Assembly: GCA_034676605.1 (NCBI GenBank)
Contig: JAUCBW010000001.1
Location: forward strand, 2,049,996-2,113,995
Length of the DNA stretch: 64,000 nt
Direction: 5' to 3'
Origin: Flavobacteriaceae bacterium
GTDB taxonomy: Bacteria > Bacteroidota > Bacteroidia > Flavobacteriales > Flavobacteriaceae
Part shown: positions 29,409 through 43,200 of the stretch, one piece after another
Layout: every line of letters starts with the position of its first letter
Position numbering within the stretch: position 1 is the stretch's first letter
Made by a program: the position numbers and the translations under genes
Notes under the pieces: generated by a model
Databases searched by the model: none
The model's input: only the letters and a program-made list of their open reading frames with translations
What the model was told of the DNA's origin: nothing

Positions 29409-30800
29409 ATGGCTAAACAAAAAACTATCAAAGAAGCTGTTACGCTTACAGGTGTCGGACTACATACAGGAAAAGAAGTTACTATGGTTCTCAAACCAGC
29501 TCCTATTGACAATGGCTTTACTTTTGTCAGAGTTGATTTAGAAGGGAGTCCTGTCATAGAAGCAGATGCTACTTATGTCGTAAATACACAGAGAGGCACA
29601 AACTTAGAGAAAAGAGGCGTCAAGATACAAACCTCAGAACATGTTTTGGCTGCTTGTGTTGGTTGTGATTTAGACAATATTATTATAGAGCTAAATGCTT
29701 CAGAACCTCCAATTATGGATGGTTCGTCAAAGTATTTTGTCGAAGCAATCGAGAAAGCAGGAATTGTTGAGCAAGATGCAGAACAAAAAATATATATCGT
29801 AAAAGAAGTTATCTCTTATACCGACGAAGAGACCGGAAGTGAGCTACTAATAATGCCTTGTGATGACTACCAAATCACCACGATGGTTGATTTTGGAACC
29901 AAAGTACTTGGCACTCAAAACGCATCTATCAAATCTATATCTGAATTCAAAACAGAGATTGCTAATGCCAGAACATTCAGCTTTCTACACGAATTAGAAG
30001 CACTCTTAAACAATGGACTTATCAGAGGAGGAGACCTTAACAATGCCATTGTTTATGTAGATAAAGAAATCTCTACTGAGACTATGGAAAGCCTTAAAAC
30101 AGCTTTTGGAAAAGAGGATATTGCTGTAAAGCCAAACGGGATCCTAGACAACCTGACACTACACTACCCTAACGAAGCTGCTAGACACAAACTCTTGGAT
30201 GTCATCGGAGATTTAGCGCTTGTAGGTACGCGAATCAGAGGAAAGGTTATCGCTAATAAACCAGGGCATTTCGTAAACACACAATTCGCCAAGAAACTAT
30301 CAAAAATTATCAAAATCGAAGAGCGAAATAAAGTTCCTAATTTTGACCCGACCCAACCGCCATTGATGAATACAGTTCAGATTATGAACATCCTTCCGCA
30401 TAGGCCACCGTTTTTATTGGTCGATAAGATTCTGGAATTATCTGACAAACACGTCGTAGGTCTGAAAAACGTAACTATGAATGAACCGTTTTTCGTCGGA
30501 CACTTCCCGGGAGCTCCAGTAATGCCAGGTGTACTCCAGATTGAAGCTATGGCTCAGGCTGGAGGAATTCTAGCGCTGAGTACAGTGCCAGATCCTGAGA
30601 ATTATCTGACCTATTTCATGAAAATAGACAACGTAAAGTTTAAACAACCCGTATTACCAGGCGATACGCTTATATTCAAATTAGAATTGTTAAGCCCAAT
30701 AAGAAGAGGGATTTGCCATATGCAAGCCTATGCTTATGTAAACGGAAAATTAGCAACAGAAGCGGAGCTTATGGCTCAGATTGTAAAATCAAAAGAATAA
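29409..30800 (+). CDS. lpxC: Bifunctional LpxC / FabZ
   Basis: GVGLHTG, TSEHVLA and RHKLLDVIGD (LpxC) fused to LPHRPPFLLVD and GHFPGAPVMPGVLQIE (FabZ). Confidence 0.95.
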   Translation: MAKQKTIKEAVTLTGVGLHTGKEVTMVLKPAPIDNGFTFVRVDLEGSPVIEADATYVVNTQRGTNLEKRGVKIQTSEHVLAACVGCDLDNIIIELNASEPPIMDGSSKYFVEAIEKAGIVEQDAEQKIYIVKEVISYTDEETGSELLIMPCDDYQITTMVDFGTKVLGTQNASIKSISEFKTEIANARTFSFLHELEALLNNGLIRGGDLNNAIVYVDKEISTETMESLKTAFGKEDIAVKPNGILDNLTLHYPNEAARHKLLDVIGDLALVGTRIRGKVIANKPGHFVNTQFAKKLSKIIKIEERNKVPNFDPTQPPLMNTVQIMNILPHRPPFLLVDKILELSDKHVVGLKNVTMNEPFFVGHFPGAPVMPGVLQIEAMAQAGGILALSTVPDPENYLTYFMKIDNVKFKQPVLPGDTLIFKLELLSPIRRGICHMQAYAYVNGKLATEAELMAQIVKSKE

Positions 30801-30802
30801 TT

Positions 30803-31597
30803 ATGAATCAACCTTTAGCATACGTTCATCCAGGAGCAAAAATCGCAAAAAATGTAGTTATAGACCCTTTTACTACCATTCATAATAATGTGGAAATTGG
30901 AGAAGGAACTTGGATAGGCTCTAACGTAACCATCATGGAAGGAGCAAGAATCGGTAAGAATTGTAACATCTTTCCAGGTGCTGTAATCTCAGCTATTCCT
31001 CAAGACATGAAGTTTCAAGACGAGGATACAGTCACAATCATCGGCGATGGCACAACCATCAGAGAATGTGTAACGATTAATCGTGGAACCACAGATAAGA
31101 TGAAAACCGTCATCGGTAAAAACTGTTGGATAATGGCTTATTGTCATATAGCACATGATTGTGTGGTGGGTGACAACTGTATTTTCTCAAACGGAACTAC
31201 CTTAGCAGGACATACAACCGTAGGTGACTACGTAGTTCTAGCAGGTATGGTAGCCGTACAACAATTCGGGAATATAGGCAATCACGCTTTTGTAACAGGT
31301 GGATCGCTCGTAAGAAAAGACGTTCCTCCGTACGTAAAAGCAGCAAGAGAACCACTTTCTTACGTAGGCATCAATTCGGTTGGGCTTAGAAGAAGAGGTT
31401 TTTCTTCTGAAAAGATAAAAGAAATTCAGAATATCTATAGAACCTTATTCCAAAAGAATTATAATACCACTCAAGCGCTATCAATTGTGGAAGGAGAAAT
31501 GGAAGCAAGTCCTGAGCGCGATGAAATCTTGGATTTTATCAGAAACTCTTCTCGTGGTGTGATGAAAGGATATGCAGGAGGTTCGACAACACTTTAG
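30803..31597 (+). CDS. lpxA: UDP-N-acetylglucosamine acyltransferase
   Basis: Hexapeptide repeats, IRECVTINRGT and HIAHDC; start placed at the ATG at 30803. Confidence 0.95.
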   Translation: MNQPLAYVHPGAKIAKNVVIDPFTTIHNNVEIGEGTWIGSNVTIMEGARIGKNCNIFPGAVISAIPQDMKFQDEDTVTIIGDGTTIRECVTINRGTTDKMKTVIGKNCWIMAYCHIAHDCVVGDNCIFSNGTTLAGHTTVGDYVVLAGMVAVQQFGNIGNHAFVTGGSLVRKDVPPYVKAAREPLSYVGINSVGLRRRGFSSEKIKEIQNIYRTLFQKNYNTTQALSIVEGEMEASPERDEILDFIRNSSRGVMKGYAGGSTTL

Positions 31598-31648
31598 ATA
31601 AAAACAAGTACAGTAAAATAATATTAGATAAACGATTAAACAAAAAAA

Positions 31649-32215
31649 ATGGCAAGTACATCAGACATCAGAAACGGATTGTGTATTAAGTTCAACAACG
31701 ACATATATAAAATAGTAGAGTTCTTACACGTAAAACCAGGTAAAGGCCCTGCTTTTGTGAGGACCAAACTCAGAAGTTTAACTTCAGGAAAGATTCTAGA
31801 AAATACTTTTTCAGCAGGGCATAAAATTGATGACGTGCGTGTAGAAACACATACTTTCCAGTTTTTATATGCAGAAGGCGAAAATTACCACTTTATGAAT
31901 ACCGAAACATTTGACCAAATCACATTGAATAAAAGTGCATTAGACGCACCAGAATTGTTGAAAGAAGGCACTAATGTCATCATTCAAATCAATACTGAGA
32001 CAGATTTACCATTAGCAGTAGATATGCCAGCTTCTATTACCTTAGAAGTTACTTATGCAGAACCAGGAGTAAAAGGAAATACGGCTACTAATGCTACCAA
32101 ACCTGCCACTGTTGAGACGGGAGCTATCATCAACGTTCCGCTATTTATCAACGAAGGAGATAAAATCAGGATTGACACGACTACCGGAAATTACTTAGAG
32201 CGTATTAAAGACTAA
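31649..32215 (+). CDS. efp: Elongation factor P
   Basis: HVKPGKGPAFVR, PGVKGNTA and VPLFINEG. Confidence 0.97.
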   Translation: MASTSDIRNGLCIKFNNDIYKIVEFLHVKPGKGPAFVRTKLRSLTSGKILENTFSAGHKIDDVRVETHTFQFLYAEGENYHFMNTETFDQITLNKSALDAPELLKEGTNVIIQINTETDLPLAVDMPASITLEVTYAEPGVKGNTATNATKPATVETGAIINVPLFINEGDKIRIDTTTGNYLERIKD

Positions 32216-32277
32216 TATAATTTGTTTTTAAAAAGCCCACTTATGATAGAGGGCTTTTTTATCTAAAAAAGATAAAA

Positions 32278-33225
32278 ATGAAATTCAGCAGAATCCATTC
32301 GTTAGAGGAAATTTCAAAAATAATCAACTGTAAGTTTATAGGCGATAAAGACTTCCCTGTTTTGGGAATGAATGAAATCCATGTGGTTGAACAAGGCGAT
32401 ATCGTATTTGTAGATCACCCTAAATACTACGACAAAGCACTGCAATCAAAAGCAACTATTGTACTTATCAACAAAGAAGTGGAATGTCCTGAAGGCAAAG
32501 CACTGCTGATTTCTGATGACCCATTTAGGGATTTCAATACGCTTACTAAGCATTTCAGACCTTTTATAGCAGCCAATGCATCTATTGCTGCATCGGCAAT
32601 TATCGGAAAAGGAACGGTGATTCAGCCCAACTGTTTTATAGGAAACAACGTGGTAATCGGCGAAAACTGTTTGATTCACGCCAACGTAATTATGTATGAC
32701 AATACCCAAATCGGGAATAATGTAATCATACAATCAGGCACAGTGCTAGGAGCAGATGCTTTCTACTATAAAAAACGCCCTGAAGGATTTGACCAGCTGC
32801 TCTCTGGCGGACGTGTAGTGGTTCAAGACAATGTTGGTATCGGAGCAAATTGCACTATCGATAGAGGCGTTACAGGAGATACAACCATTGGCGAAGGCAG
32901 TAAACTAGACAACTTGATTCAGATTGGTCACGATACGATAATCGGCAAAAAATGCCTAATTGCCTCTCAAACAGGAATTGCAGGTTGCGTAGTAATTGAA
33001 GACGAAGTTACACTTTGGGGACAAGTCGGTATTACCAGTGGTATTACTATTAAAGAAAAAGCTATTGTTTTAGGGCAGACAGGTGTTACAAAATCTCTAG
33101 AAGGTGGAAAAACTTACTTTGGATACCCAGTTGATGAAGCAAGAGAAAAACTTAAGGAATTAGCTAATATCAAAAAAATACCCGAGATAGTAAAGCAACT
33201 AAAAGAAATAAAAAAAGAGGAGTAA
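32278..33225 (+). CDS. LpxD-like hexapeptide acyltransferase (second paralogue)
   Basis: [16 protein letters not shown] and [10 protein letters not shown]. Confidence 0.85.
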   Translation: MKFSRIHSLEEISKIINCKFIGDKDFPVLGMNEIHVVEQGDIVFVDHPKYYDKALQSKATIVLINKEVECPEGKALLISDDPFRDFNTLTKHFRPFIAANASIAASAIIGKGTVIQPNCFIGNNVVIGENCLIHANVIMYDNTQIGNNVIIQSGTVLGADAFYYKKRPEGFDQLLSGGRVVVQDNVGIGANCTIDRGVTGDTTIGEGSKLDNLIQIGHDTIIGKKCLIASQTGIAGCVVIEDEVTLWGQVGITSGITIKEKAIVLGQTGVTKSLEGGKTYFGYPVDEAREKLKELANIKKIPEIVKQLKEIKKEE

Positions 33226-33238
33226 ACTCCTCTTTTTT
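33211..33238. terminator. Bidirectional terminator overlapping the stop of the LpxD-like gene
   Basis: aaaaaagaggag-taaa-ctcctctttttt. Confidence 0.8.
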
Positions 33239-33240
33239 GT

Positions 33241-34140
33241 TTATTGATTGATGGCTTCGACTTGAATGCCGTTATCAGCCAACATATTCCTAAGCATACT
33301 TTCGATACCATTTTTGAGTGTCATCGTTGAAGAAGGACATCCGCTACAAGCACCTTGAAGGATTACTTTTACTAATTTGGAGTCTTGGTCAAATGATTTG
33401 AAAGCTATATTACCGCCGTCTGACTGAACTGCTGGTTTGACATATTCGTCTAATATAGCTACTATTTTCTGTGAAGTTTCGTCATACACTTGAGGTTCTT
33501 CTGAGCTAGCTCCATCTTTGCTTTTTATCTGTTCCTTTTCATCCGCAGAAATAATCGGTCTTCCTTTTTCAATATATTCTAGAATAAAATCACAAAGCCC
33601 AGAGACGATGTCTGCCCAGTCTGTCGTGTCATTCTTGGTGATAGAAACATAATTTTCGTCCAAGAAAACCTCTTTTACAAACGGAAAGTTGAAAAGTGCT
33701 TGTGCCAAACTAGGTGCAGTAGCTTGATCAGCACTTGTATATTCAATGAGTTGAGTCACTAATTTTCTGCTGGTCACAAATTTCATTACTGACGGATTGG
33801 GGCTGCTCTCTGCGTTGACCGTGAGCTTAAACATATCTGACGGTGTAGTTTCTGTGATGATTTTTCGTCCAGAATTGACATAATCGGTCATTTGATCGAC
33901 TACTAATTCGCTCACATCATCCCATTCTACAATGTTGTACTTTTCGATCGCAATAAAATTCCCCGAAATATATACGGTCTTTACAAAAGGTAAATAAAAT
34001 AGTTGTTGTGCTAACAAAGAAGGCTTTGCTTGGTCAATATTGCTGAACTCATAGCTTTGTTCTACAATAAATCGATCAAATTCAAACTTTAAAATAGCTG
34101 GATTCGAAGTAGATACGGTCTTTATCATTTGTATTGTCAT
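33241..34140 (-). CDS. NifU/NfuA-family Fe-S carrier with two Nfu_N domains
   Basis: Two TxNP..(L/M)KF scaffold domains and C-terminal DGGNI...GACSGCPSS; start uncertain by a few codons. Confidence 0.9.
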   Translation of the reverse strand: MTIQMIKTVSTSNPAILKFEFDRFIVEQSYEFSNIDQAKPSLLAQQLFYLPFVKTVYISGNFIAIEKYNIVEWDDVSELVVDQMTDYVNSGRKIITETTPSDMFKLTVNAESSPNPSVMKFVTSRKLVTQLIEYTSADQATAPSLAQALFNFPFVKEVFLDENYVSITKNDTTDWADIVSGLCDFILEYIEKGRPIISADEKEQIKSKDGASSEEPQVYDETSQKIVAILDEYVKPAVQSDGGNIAFKSFDQDSKLVKVILQGACSGCPSSTMTLKNGIESMLRNMLADNGIQVEAINQ

Positions 34141-34273
34141 AATTTCCAACAAAACTACTGAAGATTTTATCGTTTTCTGTATATTTGGAACTTATTATAC
34201 TTTTTATAACTTTTGAGTATATAAAACAAGACATACAAAACAAACTATATTATTGATTTTCAATAGCACATAC

Positions 34274-37200
34274 ATGAAAAAAATTACTCTTTTATTCTGT
34301 CTATTTTTCTCTTTGGTAGGACTCGCACAAACTGCAAATCTTGTTATTTCTAAGACTAGCCCAGCGCCTATTTATTATCCTGGTGTAGATAATACGATTA
34401 CGTATTTTGTACAAATAGGAAATAACGCGGCAACTAATGCTGAAGATGTATTGGTTGAAATTCCTTTTCACGCTAGTGTTGATTTGACCTCGGTAGCTTG
34501 GATAGCTCCAGACGGCACCACAGGTACAGGAGTTATTTCTCAAACCATTGATATTAATGCAGGTCAAATAGCCGTTTATCAAATTACAGTTACTCTTCCG
34601 ATAGGGTATATTCAAGGCACTAGCTTGATTGCCTCTGTTGATACGACGCACGCGACACTTTCAGCTAATTTACTGCACCATATTACTAATTACACTTTTG
34701 TTGCCGGAACAGATATGGTCTATACTATTACAGTAGCTAACCAAGGACCAGACGATGCTATAAACGTAGTAGTACAAGATATTATCCCGAGCATTGCAGG
34801 TATGGATTTAACTTCTGTAAGTTGGACAGGTAGTAACGGAACTACGGGGACAGGAAATCTTCAGGACACTATTGCTGTGTTACCAATAGGAGATGTTGTT
34901 ACCTATACCCTAACTCTACCTATTCCTGATGGCTATAGCCAAACCATAAACAACACTGTAAACGTCACTGCTGATAATGCTGTAGCTGATGTTACTTGTT
35001 TTACGTGTTCACATTATGCAAGCCCGCAAGAACTATTAGGATCGCTTGTCGTTTCTAAGACTAGCCCTATGCCTAATTATTATTTTAATGTGGATCAATC
35101 TATTACCTATTTTGTACAGATAGGGAATACTGCTACTACTGATGCACTAGACACTTCAGTTACTATTTCATACCATCCTAGTGTTAATGCTGCTAACGTG
35201 CAATGGACAGCACCCAACGGGTCAACAGGTACAGGGGTCATCTCTCAGACAATTGATATTGATGCCGGAGAAGTAGTGGTTTATAAAATCACCGTTCTTA
35301 TTCCACCAACCTATGTGCAAGGAACAAACTTGATTGCTTCTGTAGTTACTACGCACCCGACACTCTCAGCCAATTTGTTACATCATATTACCAATTACAC
35401 CTATGTTAAAGGTACAAATATGGTTTATACTATAACGGTTGAAAACCAAGGTTCAGCCAATGCTATTGATGTAGTGGTACAAGATATCATTCCTGTGATT
35501 ACTGATATGGATTTGACCTCTGTCGTATGGACAGGAAGTAACGGAACAGCAGGTACAGGAAACCTAGAAGACACCATTGCTACGTTAGCACCTGGGGCTA
35601 TAATTACCTATACTATTACGCTACCTATTCCTGCTGATTATGATTTAACAATTAATAATAATGTGAATATTACTGCTGATAATGCTTTAGTTGATGTCTT
35701 ATGTTTCACGTGTTCACATTACGCAAGTCCGCAAGAGCCAAGAGCACATCTAGTAACCACAAAAACCAATAATTCAGAAGAATATATCAGAGGAACTTAT
35801 GTAGACTATGTCATAACCGTAACTAACCAAGGACCTAACGATGCTTATGACGTACACGTAAATGATGCTATACCCTCAGGAATCTCACAAATGACCTGGA
35901 CTAGTAACGGAGCTTCAGGTATAGGATCACTTGATCAGACGATTCCTGTATTAGAAAACGGACAAACTATAGTCTTTAACATTCAAATATTTGTGCCTGA
36001 AGACTTTGATTTGAATTTTAACCTTATTAACAGCGTTTGGGTTACTACTCCTACCTTAGACCCTAATCCTCAAACTCAACCGATAACTGATATAGACCTT
36101 CCTGCATCACCTTATCTGCAGGTTTATCCTACACTTTATTCAGTGCAAGAATTGGTCGAAGACGTACTCATTGATATGGACTGTTCTTTAGTAGAGAATA
36201 TCTCAGCTCAAGGATTTCGCTCTACTGACAATACGATGGGCTATTTCAAAGCAAATAACTCTGGTTTTCCTATTAGAGAAGGAATCGTAATCAAAACAGG
36301 ACCTATAAGCACTGTTGCTGGACCTTATTCTAATGGTGCCGGCGCAACTAACGGTTCTGGCATATCAGACGCACAACTTAACGCAATTGGAGGAGGCACT
36401 CTTCGTGACGTGAGCTATATAGAGTTTGATTTTACGCCAATCACTGATGAACTTAAGTTTAATTTCTTATTTGCATCTAATGAATACGGAACGTATCAAT
36501 GTGATTATGGAGATGTCTTTGCTTTTATATTGACTGACCTTACTACGGGCGTATCTACAAACTTAGCCGTAATCCCTGGCACTAATCCACCTGTACGTGT
36601 GGCAGTAACAACCATCAAAGATGGTGCTTATAACTCTAGTTGTGGTTCAGAAAATATTGAATTTTTTGATCAGATGAATACTGCTGGAGATGCAATTAAT
36701 ATGAAGGGAAATACAGTAAAAATGACCGCCTCAGGCGCTGTAGTTCCTTGTCGTAAATATAGAATCAAACTAGCTATTGGTGACTGGGGTGATACAGGTT
36801 GGGACTCCGCAGTATTCTTAGAGGCAGGAAGTTTTGATATAGGCGCACTTGACTTAGGAGAGGATAAACTTGAAGTTCTTGGTAATGCTGCCTGTTTTGA
36901 TGAAGAGGTTATCCTTAGCTCTGGTTTGCCACCAGTTGATGCTACTTGTGATATTGACTATGAGTACCAATGGTATAAAGATGGTGTTGCAATTAATGGA
37001 GCTACTGCTGAAGAATACCACGTTACTGAAACAGGTGTTTACACACTTGAAACAACAATTACTCTAACTGGATCAGGAACAGGAATCACAACAGAGTGTT
37101 CTCTAAAGCCCGGTACCGCAATTATTCAGATTTTTGACGAAATACCAGCAGGTCAACCCAATAACCTAACAAGATGTGAAGATGAGAATGATACCACCTT

Positions 37201-40200
37201 TGACCTTACAGATCCAGCACTATTACAACAAATTTACGGCGATGATTTAGACTCTAATGACACTGAAATTTCTTTCCATTTAAACATGAATGATTTAGTA
37301 GCAGGAGTCCCTATTGAATGGAATATGGATGATAATGGTGATTATTTTGTCCCTTCTGCTTTTGTAATAACGGGTAGTAGCCAAAATATTTTTGTAAAGA
37401 TACATGTGGCTAACGGAAGTGATTGCTATGCCGTAAGACAATTTACACTTTCTATTGTCAATTGTGATGTTACTGCTCCAGAAGACATTGCTTTGTGTGA
37501 CCAAGACGAAGATGGTTCAGAGTCAGTTGATCTAGCTGCTTTGATAGCTGATATCGCTCCTGGTATTGACGACGCTACCATTACCTTCCACAGCACTCAA
37601 AGTGGGGCTAACGATGGTACTACAGACATAATAGACCACAGTACTCCGTATGCTGTAACAACTGGAACCACGGTTACTGTTTATATAAGAGTACTAGACA
37701 ACGATACTGGATTTGATTACACAGAACTGTTTAATATTAGCATTAACCAAATACCTCAAATTTTACAAACCGTCTCTGATTATGAACTGTGTCTTGTAAA
37801 TCCTAGTGGCGAAGCTGACTTTGACCTTACCTCTAAAACAACTGAAATTTTGGATGGAGCTACTGCAACGCTTACTTTCTATACTTCTGAAGCTCTTGCA
37901 CAAGCAGGTGCTGATGGTACAGAGCTAGACACCACAACCACATATGCCTCAACAGGCAACGAAACTATTTGGGTAAGAGCCACCGATGCTAACGGCTGTT
38001 ATTCGATTACTTCTTTTGAACTGGTAATCAATGACGACTTCCAAATCGAACAAGACGTAACTGATTACGAGCTTTGTGATGAAAACGGCAGTGGCGAAGA
38101 GGAGTTTGATTTGACTACTAAAGCAACAGAAATCTTAGGTACACAAACAGCTACACTTACGTTCTATACTTCGCAAGCCAATGCGCAGTCAGGTACAGAT
38201 GGTATAGCTACACCACGTACTTCTACTGGAGAAACAATTTGGGTTAGAGCAGAAACAGCTGACGGTTGTTTTGATATTACCTCATTCCTTTTGGTCGTAA
38301 AACCACTGGGTAATGTTCCTAGCCCAGCACCAATCGAGGTATGTGCCAACAACAATGCAGCCTCAGTTACCTTTGACTTGACCTCTGTTTTGGGCGATGT
38401 GATGGGAGCTCCTACCGATGTAGTGACGTTCCACCAAACACTAGCAGCAGCACAAACAGCAACAGCAGCCATAACTCCTGCCAATGCTTATGTAGCCACT
38501 GCCAATCAGACTATTTATATACGCATCGTTTCGCAAGATCCTGATATCTGTCCTGCTATCTCAAGTGTGAATCTAGTGAAACTAGCTTCACCTGTCTTGG
38601 CTACAACTATCGCAAATTATGAACTTTGTGATGATGGAACAGGACAAGCAGAATTTGACCTAACTTCAAAAGAAACTGAAATCTTAGGTACTACTGTTGC
38701 TACACTTACATACTATACTTCTCAGGCGAATGCCATAGGTAAAATAGATGAGATTACAACGCCTGCTACTTATATGTCAGCAAGTGCTACGATTTGGGTA
38801 AGAGCTGAGAATGCAAATGACTGTTATACAATCAAATCATTCAACTTAGTGACACACGTTGCACCTATTGTCAATGCACCTACTCCGCTAATAGAATGTA
38901 ATAATGGTGGTACAGGACAGGCTGACTTTGACCTTACCTCTAAAACAACTGAAATTTTGGATGCTGATACTGCAACGCTTACTTTCTATACTTCTGAAAC
39001 GGATGCTATTGCTGATATTGACGGCACTCTTGCTATTACAACACCTACGACATATACCTCAACAGGCAACGAAACTATTTGGGTAAGAGCCACCGATGCT
39101 AACGGCTGTTATTCGATTACTTCTTTTGAACTGGTAATCAATGACGACTTCCAAATCGAACAAGACGTAACTGATTACGAGCTTTGTGATGAAAACGGCA
39201 GTGGCGAAGAGGAGTTTGATTTGACTACTAAAGCAACAGAAATCTTAGGTACACAAACAGCTACACTTACGTTCTATACTTCGCAAGCCAATGCGCAGTC
39301 AGGTACAGATGGTATAGCTACACCACGTACTTCTACTGGAGAAACAATTTGGGTTAGAGCAGAAACAGCTGACGGTTGTTTTGATATTACCTCATTCCTT
39401 TTGGTCGTAAAACCACTGGGTAATGTTCCTAGCCCAGCACCAATCGAGGTATGTGCCAACAACAATGCAGCCTCAGTTACCTTTGACTTGACCTCTGTTT
39501 TGGGCGATGTGATGGGAGCTCCTACCGATGTAGTGACGTTCCACCAAACACTAGCAGCAGCACAAACAGCAACAGCAGCCATAACTCCTGCCAATGCTTA
39601 TGTAGCCACTGCCAATCAGACTATTTATATACGCATCGTTTCGCAAGATCCTGATATCTGTCCTGCTATCTCAAGTGTGAATCTAGTGAAACTAGCTTCA
39701 CCTGTCTTGGCTACAACTATCGCAAATTATGAACTATGTGATGATGGAACAGGACAAGCAGAATTTGACCTAACTTCAAAAGAAACTGAAATCTTAGGTG
39801 CTACTGTTGCTACACTTACATACTATACTTCTCAGGCGAATGCCATAGGTAAAATAGATGAGATTACAACGCCTGCTACTTATATGTCAGCAAGTGCTAC
39901 GATTTGGGTAAGAGCTGAGAATGCAAATGACTGTTATACAATCAAATCATTCAACTTAGTTTTACACACGATTCCTGTAGCCAATACGCCAGAGCCACTA
40001 GCAAAATGTAATGACGGAACAGGGCAAGCAGAGTTCAACCTAAACTCAAGAAATAATGCTATTTCTGGTGGAGCCGTTGGCGTTATAGTTACCTACCACA
40101 CCAGCTTAGTTGATGCCGAAAATGGAGATAATGCTCAAACTTCACCTTATATAGGAACGCACCAAGAAATACTGTATGTACGTGTGGTGAGTCCGTTTGG

Positions 40201-43200
40201 ATGTGTGAATACCACCCAAACTCTTGAACTTATTTTAGAGGAGAGCACTATCGCTCCAACCTTACCAGACTTAACCTATTGTGATCCGAACAGCGATGGA
40301 TGGGGCGTGTTTGATTTGACTCAAATCGAGCAAATCATTATAGACGCGAATCCAAATCCTGTGACCATTACGTATCACGAGACGATCGAAGATGCAGAGT
40401 TCTTGGCAAATATCATCGATAGTCCTGAAGACTATTTCAACATCGGATACTATACGCAAACTATTTATATCGCTATCACTCCAGCTTCTGGAGAGGCGTG
40501 TTCGTCTATCACTCAGGTGAATCTAATCGTACATAATTTACCACAGATTACTGCGCCTACGCCAATCGAAACCTGTGATGATGATTATGATGGTTTTGCC
40601 AACTTTGACTTGACCATAAGAAATACAGAAATCTTAAACGGATTAAACCCAGCAGACTATACTATCGGTTATTACCCAACAGAACAGGATGCAATTCTGA
40701 ATACAAATGCCATTGCAAATCCGACCAACTACACTAACCTCGTGGCTAACCAAGACAGTGTTTGGGTAAGGGTTACGGATATAAACACTGGTTGTTTTGC
40801 CACCAAAGAATTGGTGCTTATCGTAAACCCACTTCCAGTGGTAGATATGCCAAACGTAGCGGAATACCGCCTGTGTGATTTTGGTGAAGATGGCTATGAA
40901 ATCTTTGACCTTGACAGTAGAGTAGAAATTATCCTAGACGGACAAACAGGTCTTACAGTGAGCTTCTACCAAACCTACGACAATGCTTTTGATGGCGTAC
41001 AACCGATTACTGATTTGATGTACCAAAACCAAGAGCAGTATGTAGAAACCATTTTCGTAAGAGTAGAAACTCAAAAAGGATGTTTCGTGGTCACTCTTAT
41101 GGACTTAGTAGTTGACCCGCTTCCGGTTCTTTCTACGCCTACCAACCCAATCGTATCTTGTGATGGCGATGGTGACGGATATGGTACAGTTAACTTAGAA
41201 GAGATTCTTGAAGAGATGCTCAACGGAGCCAACCCAACAGACTTTGCTATTAGCTTTCACGAGACCTATTCAGATGCTGAACTCAATGCCAATAGTATTG
41301 ACAACCCGCAAGAATATTACAACATCGATCCTTTCAACCAAGTGATTTACATCAGAGTAGAAAGCACTTTAGGTTCGGGTTGTTATAATATCTATCCTAT
41401 CAACATTGAAATAGTAAGTGCTCCAGTGCTTCCAGTAGAAATGGACGGAACATTGCCAGATTTAGTGTTATGTGATGACAATCAGGACGAACTTACTCAT
41501 TTTGACTTGACAGTTCAAACAGCATATATCCTTGACCAGCAAACGGATATTACAAACCTAGAGGTGACTTATTATATCTCTGAGCAGAATGCAATAGACA
41601 GAGCACTTGCTATCGGAAATATGACAAATTACCCGAATATTTCTAATCCACAAACTATTTGGGTGGTGTTAGAAAACACCTTAACGGGATGTTTTGACAT
41701 CGCTGCCTTTGATTTGGTTGTGAACTTGCCTTTGGATGTGCCAATGCCTATCCCTTCTATTACCCTTTGTGATGAAGACGGAGACTTAGAAGTTACTTTT
41801 GACTTGACCGTTCGTCTAAATGCAATTCTAGCAAATGCTAGTGACCCGAACAACTATACCGTAGAGTTTTTCTATACCTATACCGATGCAATCAACGGAA
41901 ACACGACTAACCTAATTGCCGACCCAACCAACTTCTCTAACCTTGAGCTAGGTGGTGGAGCAGTATATACCTTAGGTGTAAGAGTGACAGACAATACAAC
42001 CGGATGTCAAAGCTATGCAATTATGGATATCAGACGTGCACCAATACCGAACATACCTATCGTGCCTCTTGACCCGTTAGAAGTCTGTGACAATACCAAC
42101 GATGATTTAATCGAAGCCTTTGACCTAACAGTTTACGAAAGCTTTATCCGCAACGGAGACAGCAACGTAATTATCACTTACCACGCAACTCCAGAAGATG
42201 CGCAAGAAGGAACCAACGCAATTGTTGACCCAACAGCGTATGAGTCTGCTTCTACAACGATTTACATCCGCGTAGCAAACAAACCTAATGGTGGTATGAG
42301 TTGTGCAGTTATCTTAGAGTTAGAACTCATTGTAAACCCACTTCCGATAGTCGCTGACAACTCGTTTGAAATATGTGAAGCGAATTCTTCGGGTTATGCA
42401 GAGTTCTTCTTCCCTGACTTCAATCCGCAGTTATTAGGACCAACGCAAGACTTAGCTGACTTTACAATCAGTTATCACCTTACGCAAGCAGATGCTATTG
42501 GTGGTACGGCACATATCCCGCAGGGAACGCCATATACAAACCAAACCCAGTTTGCTGAAGTAATTTGGACACGTATTGTAAACAACGACACAGGTTGTAT
42601 TCGTATTGCAGAGATTACATTGTATGCAGAAGAAGGTGCAGTGGCTAATCAGCCAGCAGAACCGATTACGGAATGTGACTATGACGGGACAAACGACGGA
42701 TTTACAAATACTGATCTTACGCAGTATGAAACTGAAATCTTAGGTATGCAAAACCCAACACAGTTCATCGTGACCTATCACTTAACCGAGCAAGATGCAC
42801 ACGATGCTGTAGATGCAATCACAAACCCTGAGAACTTCACTAATACAGTTGCAGGAGGACAAACCATCTATATTAGAGTAGAAAACTCAAGCAGCAATGC
42901 CCCTTGTTATGATGTAACCCAGATGGAATATATTGTGGAGGAATTGGCAGAGCCAATAATCACTTCGCCACTAAACACCATTTGTGTGGATTGGGGAAGT
43001 ACGCTTGCAAATGATCCGCTTGTGCTTGACAGCAATATTACTGCTGCTGGTTATAGCTTTGAATGGTACAGAAACGGAACCCTAATCGCAGGAGCAGACC
43101 AAAGCACTTATACAATTACTTCCAAAGGACAAGAAGGAAGCTATTATGTGATTGCAACTAGCGCTGAGGGATGTGTGTCTGAGGTGAGCAATACATTCGA

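Noticed and set aside
30713-30802. 30-aa N-terminal extension of LpxA
   Set aside because: It overlaps the end of lpxC/fabZ; the ATG at 30803, 2 nt after the stop, gives the standard N-terminus.
28362-33225. Two lpxD-like genes and the lpxC-fabZ fusion as novelties
   Set aside because: Both are normal features of this operon in Flavobacteriia.
33241-34140. NifU protein with a duplicated N-terminal domain
   Set aside because: Usual architecture of Bacteroidota Nfu proteins.
38164-39594. Two identical 106-aa minus-strand ORFs
   Set aside because: Shadow ORFs produced by the 1110-bp duplication in the adhesin.
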